From IMG/VR virus record IMGVR_UViG_3300021404_000425, positions 1-25,301 of that record: 25,301 bases of DNA, one strand, 5' to 3'. Shown in pieces: positions 17,868-25,301 of the stretch. The translations under genes were made by a program, and so were the position numbers. The DNA is from a virus. Lineage: Duplodnaviria; Caudoviricetes. Every line of letters begins with the position of its first letter. Positions within the stretch are counted from its first letter, which is position 1. The notes under the pieces were generated by a model. The model ran no database searches and was not told the origin of the DNA. It saw only the letters and a program-made list of their open reading frames with translations.

Positions 17868-19643
17868 ATGCAGGCAATATCAACATCACCTTTTAACTTA
17901 ACTATGCTGCGCAGGGCCAATACCTGGTACACCGTAAAAGATGGTAACTGGAGCGACCCCGCCATTTGGTTAAGCAACGGCAAACGAAAATACAACACTC
18001 CCCAACCCAGCGATACCGTTTATATTGACCATAATGTAGCAATTGATGTATCTGCAACGGTTTGTAATATGTATGTGGCGGGGAAGCTGACCGCTACTAA
18101 TGCAACAGGCTTGAATTTAACTTTAAACGGGGACCTGCAATCGGCTGGTACATTAGATTTTACAGGCAGCCACATCACTTTAAGCCTTAACAGCTACAAC
18201 AACGAGATCGCAACTCTTATCGCTGGCAACTCTACTATAATTTATAATCGCGCCGGAGACCAAATCGTTTTGGGTTTACCCTACAATAACTTGGCTATAT
18301 ACAATACCGGCATTAAATATTTAGTGGTGGACACTGTTATCGGAGGGAATTTGAATATAAATGACTATTCGGCTTTAGACGCAATCCTAGAATGCGGCAC
18401 AAATAGTTTAACAGTCAACGGTTCTACTTCCATTAACGGGGCAAATAGTCAAAGCTACAATTTTTCCAAATCGGGATCAGGAGATTTACTCTTTACTGGG
18501 TCTTTAAACATAAATTCAAATACTTTATTTAGTGGTAATATTTCCAATATTGAATTAAGAGGGGGTGTTAGTCTTTCAAGTTTTGGTGGCAATATAATTT
18601 TTAACTGCCCAGTCTTATTTACGACTAACTCCCAATCGATATCTGGAAACAATATTTATTTCAACGACTTAATAACAATATCAGGTGCATTAACCGTCAC
18701 TAACAATTCGTCTTCTCTTTACATAATGGGAGTTCTAAATGGTGATAACTCCAGTTCGACTTTCAATAATAATAGCACCCTTTATTTAGCATCTTCGTCC
18801 CCCATGATTACCGGTGTATTTAATTATATGAACGTAAGTTCATCCACGATAGGATATATAGTGAATGGAAGCTTTACTTTACCTTATTCCTCATACAAAA
18901 ATCTAGTGATTTTAGGCACTGGAACGAAGTTTTTATCCGGAAATACTAGCGTATCGAATTTAAATATAAATAATTATGAAACAAGCAAAGCGCAGTTAGA
19001 TTGCGGGGCTTACGATCTCACAATAAATGGCAATCTATCGGTAACTGGCACAGGAGGGGTATTAGACGCAGCACTTTTGAAATCGGGAAGTGGAAATATA
19101 ATCTTCGTAGGCAATGCAACATTCAATACGGCAAATATAAGTTTTAACAGCGATGTAACCCTCGAATTCAGAGGAGGGGTGAATTTTAGTCCCTTCGGAA
19201 CGCCCATCGGTTCCGTGGATGCTACCATCAACTTCACAACGGAATCTCAAACTTTGTCCGGCAATAACGTAGTTTTTAATGGGGACATTTATGTCTCCGG
19301 CGGAATAACTTTGACTACAAACGGAGGTGGATCGGGTCATTATTATAATGGTATTATAAATGGCGGCAGTAGTTCAGATACATTACTGAACGCGGGTAGT
19401 ATATCTTATCAAAATCCTACCGCGCCAATGATGACAGGAATTCTAAATTGCAGTTCAACTAACAATACTTTCTATTATAGTTTAGATGCAAACCAGGACA
19501 TTGCTGCCGGCACCTACAAAAATCTAACTTTGTCAATTGGTGGATCAAAAAGGTTGCTTGGTAATGTGAGCGTGACTAACACTTATAGTTTAATATCTCC
19601 ATCGACTCTTAACTTAAACGGGTATGCATTAACAAATCCATAG
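17868..19643 (+). CDS. Putative receptor-binding / beta-helical adhesin-like protein with a ~205-aa internal duplication (591 aa)
   Basis: YTVKDGNWSDPAIW N-terminal motif; N/G/S/T-rich; KSGSG at aa 201 and 405, ELRGG/EFRGG at aa 229 and 433; no signal peptide. Confidence 0.6.
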   Translation: MQAISTSPFNLTMLRRANTWYTVKDGNWSDPAIWLSNGKRKYNTPQPSDTVYIDHNVAIDVSATVCNMYVAGKLTATNATGLNLTLNGDLQSAGTLDFTGSHITLSLNSYNNEIATLIAGNSTIIYNRAGDQIVLGLPYNNLAIYNTGIKYLVVDTVIGGNLNINDYSALDAILECGTNSLTVNGSTSINGANSQSYNFSKSGSGDLLFTGSLNINSNTLFSGNISNIELRGGVSLSSFGGNIIFNCPVLFTTNSQSISGNNIYFNDLITISGALTVTNNSSSLYIMGVLNGDNSSSTFNNNSTLYLASSSPMITGVFNYMNVSSSTIGYIVNGSFTLPYSSYKNLVILGTGTKFLSGNTSVSNLNINNYETSKAQLDCGAYDLTINGNLSVTGTGGVLDAALLKSGSGNIIFVGNATFNTANISFNSDVTLEFRGGVNFSPFGTPIGSVDATINFTTESQTLSGNNVVFNGDIYVSGGITLTTNGGGSGHYYNGIINGGSSSDTLLNAGSISYQNPTAPMMTGILNCSSTNNTFYYSLDANQDIAAGTYKNLTLSIGGSKRLLGNVSVTNTYSLISPSTLNLNGYALTNP

Positions 19644-19652
19644 TCATACAGA

Positions 19653-20765
19653 TCAAACCACTTTAAAGTGTTTTTTTAGGTTTAAAAACTTGCTCTCATA
19701 AAACGTGTAAGAAACATAAGCAACGAAAAACAACGCGATGATATTGGGTACAATCGAATTCGAGTATTTAAAAGAGTTTTTCCACGGCTGGTCATAAGTA
19801 AAGAGCTGTTGCCAAATATAGAGGCTATACGAAAGGACCCCGATTTTTGCGATTATTGGCTGATTAAGGATCTTAGAAAAAAAATCGCCGCTTCTCAAGT
19901 TCAGTAATATAGTATAACTAATCAATAATGGAAATACATAAATAAGGAGATTCCAGTTCAACAAGTCTTTTATATGCAGAAGAATAGCAATTATAAAAAC
20001 TATAAAACTCAAAAAGTAAGGGCTTTCCCTCTTTATTGTAATTATCTTTTTAAACATCAAAATTGAAACTGCCGAGCCTATTAGAATTGATGATGTGCCA
20101 TAACCAAGCAAATAAGTAAATGAAAGGACAAAAACGTAAAAAAAATGATTCTCATAAGCTCTAATAGGAAGTCTTCCAATTATAACGATAAAAGGCAAAG
20201 ACACCAATAAGATTAAGATTAACAGCAAAAATTTATTTGGCCACTTAATCAGTATAATTGGAAATAATAAGTAAAACTGCTCTTCTACCGATAAACTCCA
20301 AAAATGACCGGTCTGCCAATTGCTGCCATACTTTATAGGAAAATTGTCGACATATAAACCTGCTGACAAAAACATCCTCAGCGTAGTATGAAGGTTAAAA
20401 ATCAAGTTGAGAATAACCAAGCAAATCAAGTACAAGTATGCTACTGGAAAAATTCTCAGGATTCTTCTTAGATAGAATTTAGTTAATGAAACGCTATTCT
20501 TTTTGACTTTCTCTTTTAACAAAAGGGTAGTTATCAAAAAGCCGCTGATTACAAAAAAAATATCCACCCCGATTTGACCGGGAAAATAGTTCACCCACCA
20601 AGTTCCAATTAATGAATGTCCAAGCAACACAATAATTATAGATATAGCTCTCAACCCATCCATACCTGGCAAATAAGACGGCTGCAACAGCTCCGGAACT
20701 TCTGTGATATCAGCCAATATCTTTTGTTTGACGCCTCTAAGTTTTCGCCTAATTACAATTAGCAT
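19653..20765 (-). CDS. Acyltransferase family 3 (OafA/YrhL-like O-acyltransferase)
   Basis: MDGLRAISIIIVLLGH, GVDIFFVISGFLIT, FYLRRILRIFP, HFWSLSVEEQFY, SYSLYIWQ; many TM segments. Confidence 0.92.
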   Translation of the reverse strand: MLIVIRRKLRGVKQKILADITEVPELLQPSYLPGMDGLRAISIIIVLLGHSLIGTWWVNYFPGQIGVDIFFVISGFLITTLLLKEKVKKNSVSLTKFYLRRILRIFPVAYLYLICLVILNLIFNLHTTLRMFLSAGLYVDNFPIKYGSNWQTGHFWSLSVEEQFYLLFPIILIKWPNKFLLLILILLVSLPFIVIIGRLPIRAYENHFFYVFVLSFTYLLGYGTSSILIGSAVSILMFKKIITIKRESPYFLSFIVFIIAILLHIKDLLNWNLLIYVFPLLISYTILLNLRSGDFFSKILNQPIIAKIGVLSYSLYIWQQLFTYDQPWKNSFKYSNSIVPNIIALFFVAYVSYTFYESKFLNLKKHFKVV

Positions 20766-20961
20766 TCTTCAAATAAACAAAATTTTAAGGAGACCCTATT
20801 TACTAAGCGATTCATGCATACGAAAATTTTTTATTTACTCCCTCTTTACCAAAGCAACCCAAATGCAAATAACATCACGGCAAAACTTTTTCACTCATAC
20901 TCAACCTATCCAAGTGCGCAGTAAAAGCGTTCAACCCTCTTCTATGCTCGCTTTAAAAAAT

Positions 20962-21962
20962 CTACCCGGCAACTTCACTCACGGATTTTTTCCTATAAAA
21001 TATACGTTTTGACAAGCGTATTGATGGCTTTTCAATTAAAAGATAAAACAGATAAGCGACAAGGCAAGCCGCCAAAACTTCGACAAAAAGGCAAATGAGC
21101 TGATTATTATTGCTATCAACATGCAATCGTTTGAGTAGTCCCTGAAGCACAAGCAATGTTGGGTAATGGGTAAGATAAAGTGAATAGGATATATTCCCTA
21201 AAAACACGAGCGGTTTTATCAGTAATTTGAAAAACAGCATTACCAGGCTGCTTATAACGAGTAAAATAAAAATAGCCAAACCAAATTGATAAACAATAAT
21301 ACCCAAAAAAAATAAGGGTAGAATGATATTTACCCATTTTTTGTTTTGATAAAAGCTAACCAGTGCTATTCCGAGTGCAAAAATTGGCGCATAAGTAAAC
21401 ACCAGATAAAAAGCATTAGGAATCGGAATAAAGCAAGTTAAACTAAAGATAACCAGAAAAGTAAATTTATAAATTGGGGTGTCAAAAAGAAAGTACAAAA
21501 CACCTATCAACAGGTAAAATTGAAATTCGACAGAAAGCGTCCAAAAAATATGGTTGTAAAAAGAATATTTGGTAAACGGGATGATATACAATAAATGCGC
21601 CAAAATTGCTGCGGAATAAAATCAATCCTATCTCCTTCAAAACCAGTTATTTTATAAATGACCCTCCACAGTACAAATACTAAAATTACCGTAACGTAAT
21701 AAGCGGGATCAATCCGGATAGACCGTTTAAGTAAAAATGTAAAAAACTGATTTGATTTATAATTATGTGTAACTAATGAGTAGACAATAATAAAACCGCT
21801 GATTAAAAAAAAAACATCAACGCCAGTTTTACCAAAAATAAAAACGGATGATAATTTAGGATATGATGCCAGCCCCGAACCGTAATGACAAAAAACAACC
21901 CCTAAGGCAGCCAGTCCTCTCAAATATTGAATGCTTAATATTTTTCTTTCCTTAATTGTCAT
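20962..21962 (-). pseudogene. Acyltransferase family 3, split by a 1-bp deletion
   Basis: 5' half has IQYLRGLAALGVVFCH and GVDVFFLISGF; 3' half has FWTLSVEFQFY and SYSLYLTH; adding one base to the A4 run at 21602-21605 restores a 333-aa ORF. Confidence 0.85.
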
Positions 21963-22447
21963 TCTCAAATAAACATAAAATTAACAGCGCGGAAAAATCA
22001 ACAGTAAAATAGTTTATAGTTAAGTAACTACTTGCTTTCGCTGTAGTTAACAATAATACATACAAGGATCAGGTCACCGACCTTGCACCCTCCAAAAAAT
22101 AGTTTCCTAAGCGCCGATACAAGATCGAAGACAAGAAAGTCGGATATATTTTAACTCAGGGCGAAAACTCACATTTTCATTCCGCTCCTTTTTACTTTTC
22201 CGTTCGCAAAACGAATAATTTGGTATCGAATAAATGCCCGGACAGATACGCTACGCATGTGTTTAAAGGTACTGTTAAAAGCATGCGTTTATATCCTGAA
22301 CGGCCCGACAGGCAGTAACGCAATGATTTATTGTATAACGAAAGCATTTTATGCATACCACGCAGGAAACCAGCAATTCCGGGAATAATCTTTCTGACAT
22401 CCGATTTATAATTTTTAAACAAAGCTTTTACTAATCAAGCAACCCAA

Positions 22448-22687
22448 ATGCAAACATCAGCACTATTTACCATCGACTTTACGGACTTTGCAAAAGGCCT
22501 TAAAGTAGCTATCGGCGGGGCAGTTATTGCCGCAGCCGAGGCCAGCATCCAGGCCGGCGTATTAACCTTTAACTGGAAAACCGCCGGCAGCGCGGCACTT
22601 GCGGCTGGCTTATCCTACTTGGGTAAAAACTTCTTTACACCGGCCAAAACCATCTCACCGGTTGAGGCGGCAAAAGGAGGAAGCTGA
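22448..22687 (+). CDS. Putative holin (79 aa)
   Basis: Two hydrophobic segments (KGLKVAIGGAVIAA; AGSAALAAGLSYLGKNF), directly upstream of the lysozyme. Confidence 0.65.
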   Translation: MQTSALFTIDFTDFAKGLKVAIGGAVIAAAEASIQAGVLTFNWKTAGSAALAAGLSYLGKNFFTPAKTISPVEAAKGGS

Positions 22688-22717
22688 AAGTTAAAAACGC
22701 AAAACCAACCGATCGCC

Positions 22718-22749
22718 AGTGAACCATTGAACTAATGAACTATTGAACC
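22718..22749 (+). repeat. Four ADTGAACY octamers before the lysozyme start
   Basis: agtgaacc-attgaact-aatgaact-attgaacc. Confidence 0.75.
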
Positions 22750-22758
22750 AATATAACT

Positions 22759-23220
22759 ATGACACTAAGTAACAACGGATTGAAAATCATCAAAAACTTT
22801 GAAGGGCTTTGTTTATCGGCCTACCGGGATGCGGTCGGCGTATGGACTATAGGCTACGGATCAACCCACTACCACGACGGCAAACAGGTAAAACCCGGGG
22901 ACCAACTGGCTAGCGAAGCGCAGGCAGACGCTCTGCTGGCCAATACGCTGGGGCAATACGAAGATGCCGTAAAACGCTTTGTTAAAGTTCCGCTGAGCCA
23001 AAATCAATTTGATGCGCTGGTATCGTTTACCCACAACGCAGGTACCGGCGCACTGGAAGAATCGACGCTGCTGGTAAAACTCAACGAAAAAAATTACAAC
23101 GAAGCCGCCACGCATTTTTTAGCCTGGGACAAGATCATAGATTCAGCAACCGGTAAAAAAATAATTTGCGAAACATTGGCGGAGCGCCGGCGCAAAGAAA
23201 GGCGCCTTTTTTTATCCTAA
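22759..23220 (+). CDS. Phage lysozyme / endolysin (GH24)
   Basis: IKNFEG...AYRDAVGVWTIGYG with the E-D-T catalytic pattern, LSQNQFDALVSF, RRRKERRLFL. Confidence 0.93.
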   Translation: MTLSNNGLKIIKNFEGLCLSAYRDAVGVWTIGYGSTHYHDGKQVKPGDQLASEAQADALLANTLGQYEDAVKRFVKVPLSQNQFDALVSFTHNAGTGALEESTLLVKLNEKNYNEAATHFLAWDKIIDSATGKKIICETLAERRRKERRLFLS

Positions 23221-24260
23221 ACCGAAAGCTTTACCGCGCTTTCTTGTTGTCCTTTTTTAACTTTCCTTTTCGCAAATCGCATTAGCGGATATTCAACGAA
23301 ATGCCACGACAAAGACGCTAAGCCAATGGTGAAAGGTACCGTTAAAAGCAAACTTTGGTATGATGAAATATCAGGCAAATAATAAGCGATGATTTGTTGC
23401 ACAACAAACGCGTATACGTATATGCCATAAGAGTAGTCGCCAGGTAATTTGATCTTTTTTGCGAAATCGGAAGAACCTGCCACCAAAACGCCATAAAGCA
23501 AGGCCATAAATAAAAATATGCTTTTGTAAAAAATGATATAAATCACTAACAATAATATGGCTATTTTATAGTCAATTATCAGGTATCGCCTAAATAAATA
23601 ACATATGCTGCCAACGATAAAAAACGGAAAGGGAGTGTTCAAATAATTACCGATAGAGTCGATGTTGAAGGCATAAATCAAAAAAAGGACACCATTAACG
23701 AGGATGGAAGCCGTTTTGCTTTTAAACATTCCGCATATTCCTAAAATAAAAACCATACAATAGCATAAAAGTTCTACGGGCAATGTCCATATCGAGCCAT
23801 TAACAGCGTTGGGGTAAAAGTTATTTTCAAAAACGCCCGGTAATGTAAATCTTAAATGATATAATAAAATATTATGAACCAGGTAGTCCCATGTGCCGCG
23901 TGAATAATAATAATCGTGCAGCGAATACTTCGAAACTGCAGGACCCACTATAAAAACGCTAAAAATAACACAGACTAACAATGCGGGCCAGATTCTGAAC
24001 ACCCGCAATAAAATAAAATCGGTGTACTTTTTTGAATTTATAAAACTTGAAGTGATAAACATTCCGCTTAAAAAAAAGAATACATAAACAGCCAAACCGC
24101 CAATACTATTATCTTTTAGCAAAGTCGTCCCGGGTATTGGATGTCCTGAATTTTTGAATAAATAAAATGAATGAAAAAAAAGCACCATTAAGGCCGCCAA
24201 AATTCGTATCAGATCAAAATTATTATTGCTCCTTTTAATGACGGTTTCTAAATTTTTCAT
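23217..24260 (-). CDS. Acyltransferase family 3 (Oac-like O-acyltransferase)
   Basis: NNFDLIRILAALMVLFFH, AVYVFFFLSG, RVFRIWPAL, NGSIWTLPVE, GDYSYGIYVYAF. Confidence 0.92.
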   Translation of the reverse strand: MKNLETVIKRSNNNFDLIRILAALMVLFFHSFYLFKNSGHPIPGTTLLKDNSIGGLAVYVFFFLSGMFITSSFINSKKYTDFILLRVFRIWPALLVCVIFSVFIVGPAVSKYSLHDYYYSRGTWDYLVHNILLYHLRFTLPGVFENNFYPNAVNGSIWTLPVELLCYCMVFILGICGMFKSKTASILVNGVLFLIYAFNIDSIGNYLNTPFPFFIVGSICYLFRRYLIIDYKIAILLLVIYIIFYKSIFLFMALLYGVLVAGSSDFAKKIKLPGDYSYGIYVYAFVVQQIIAYYLPDISSYQSLLLTVPFTIGLASLSWHFVEYPLMRFAKRKVKKGQQESAVKLSV

Positions 24261-24421
24261 TTAAGCTCGGTTTCATTCATAATAATTCAAACAAGTTTAT
24301 AAATAATAAAAAACAAACCAATAATACCTGCACAAAAACGGCGACACTGTATCCTGCTCGCAATCTACCATCAGATCGCAATTTTTAATCATTTCCGATC
24401 ATTTTAATAATCCTCCAAGCT

Positions 24422-24748
24422 ATGACCGCCATTGAACATCGCGAACTTAAAGGCATCACCATCAAAAACCTGGTGGTAACCATTATGGGTACGGCCAGTA
24501 TCGTCGCATCCGTGGTAACAACCTACTACGGCCTTCGGAGCGAAATTGAGGATATACGCATTTCGCAACGTACCGAAGAACGCATTAATAATATACGCAT
24601 AAAGGCTTTGGAGGATGAGATGGTATTGCTGCAGCGCGAAGTGGATGAGATCAAATTTGGCAAAGCTTTGCCGCCTGTTAGCAAACAACCTGCGAGATCA
24701 ACCTACCCTTCGCTGCTAACTTCTGCACGCAGCTCAACTGTTTGGTAA
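24422..24748 (+). CDS. Hypothetical membrane-anchored coiled-coil protein (108 aa)
   Basis: One TM segment (LVVTIMGTASIVASVVTTYY) followed by a heptad-like charged region. Confidence 0.65.
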   Translation: MTAIEHRELKGITIKNLVVTIMGTASIVASVVTTYYGLRSEIEDIRISQRTEERINNIRIKALEDEMVLLQREVDEIKFGKALPPVSKQPARSTYPSLLTSARSSTVW

Positions 24749-24756
24749 TCCCCGTC

Positions 24757-24831
24757 AATCGGTGTGATCAAACAAAGTGGATGCAACCACCAACAATAAA
24801 TCGGTGAAATCAAACCAAAATCAGTGCAATC
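24757..24831 (+). repeat. Three AATCRGTGNRATC motifs
   Basis: 24757-24769, 24799-24811, 24819-24831; same motif as in the 9443-9946 array. Confidence 0.7.
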
Positions 24832-24848
24832 AAAAACAAAAAATAAAT

Positions 24849-25301
24849 ATGAGTCTTAAAACTTTTCTAACTAAAATCTGGGCTGGGATCGAGTCCCTGT
24901 TTGACGGCTTCCCCGCCGAACTAAAAACTGCCATCCATATCGGCGTAGTCGTCACCGAAAACATCAAAAACTTCGTGGATTCTCCGGCTGCGGATATTTT
25001 GACAGCCATCATCCCCGGCGATATCGACGATGAAATAAAAGACTGGCTGCGCGCCAAACTACCTGAGATCCTTACCGAACTGAAGCTGGCTGACAGCTGC
25101 GCCGGTATGACCGATCCTCAGCAGATCACAGTGTGTGCTGTAAAGGTGTTGCAGGGACTGGGCGGCGATGTTAAAAGTGCTTTTCTGCATAATTTGTCAA
25201 TTTTCGTTGCGCAGGTTGCATCAAATGGTGCGCTTACCTGGGCCGACGGCGTAACAATCCTGCAGTGGTACTATGAGAATGTTTATAAAACTGCAGCTTG
25301 A
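24849..25301 (+). CDS. Hypothetical protein (150 aa)
   Basis: Likely start MSLKTF at 24849 after an A-rich leader; codon style like the core cluster. Confidence 0.7.
   Translation: MSLKTFLTKIWAGIESLFDGFPAELKTAIHIGVVVTENIKNFVDSPAADILTAIIPGDIDDEIKDWLRAKLPEILTELKLADSCAGMTDPQQITVCAVKVLQGLGGDVKSAFLHNLSIFVAQVASNGALTWADGVTILQWYYENVYKTAA

Larger units (their letters stand above)
1..25301 (+). mobile_element. Phage-derived (siphovirus-like) structural and lysis gene cluster; prophage or domesticated GTA-like element; extends beyond the left edge
   Basis: Co-oriented tail, tape measure, ClpP protease, capsid, tail tube, portal, adaptor, fibre, holin and lysozyme genes; boundaries and att sites not visible. 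Confidence 0.85.

Noticed and set aside
1-19643. Contractile injection system or R-type tailocin
   Set aside because: No sheath, baseplate wedge or VgrG/PAAR-like gene is recognisable, and capsid and portal genes are present
15786-19643. Diversity-generating retroelement acting on the fibre genes
   Set aside because: No reverse transcriptase and no near-identical TR/VR pair differing at adenines; the internal duplication is old and seen mainly at protein level
22192-22422. 76-aa minus-strand ORF (and 8204-8452, 20704-21012)
   Set aside because: Non-ATG or overlapping frames with no protein-like features

Overview
A single co-oriented (+ strand) cluster of long-tailed, non-contractile phage structural and lysis genes from a Bacteroidota chromosome, probably Sphingobacteriaceae/Mucilaginibacter-like (inferred from protein style, a TTTG-N20-TAnnTTTG promoter and SD-less A-rich starts). 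Order: two tail proteins, tape measure, a small HTH-like protein, ClpP-type protease/scaffold, major capsid, tail tube, small protein, portal, head-tail adaptor, tail fibre and receptor-binding candidates, holin, GH24 lysozyme, and two further hypothetical genes. No integrase, terminase, replication or repressor gene is visible, but the window starts mid-gene. Cargo interrupts the cluster: two lipoproteins, a signal peptidase I, and three low-GC antisense acyltransferase-3 genes, one of them frameshifted. The most striking non-coding features are (i) five ~101-bp tandem units upstream of the head operon, each keeping a TGACA-N6-TGTCA palindrome exactly 23 bp before a GAYCTTTG promoter-like box, and (ii) a short-repeat tract or hairpin, from several different families, in almost every intergenic gap. 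Working hypothesis: a long-resident, domesticated phage-like particle (GTA-like or similar) with a multiplied operator-promoter switch and a swappable receptor-binding/O-acylation cassette. All assignments come from motif recognition only; no database search was run.
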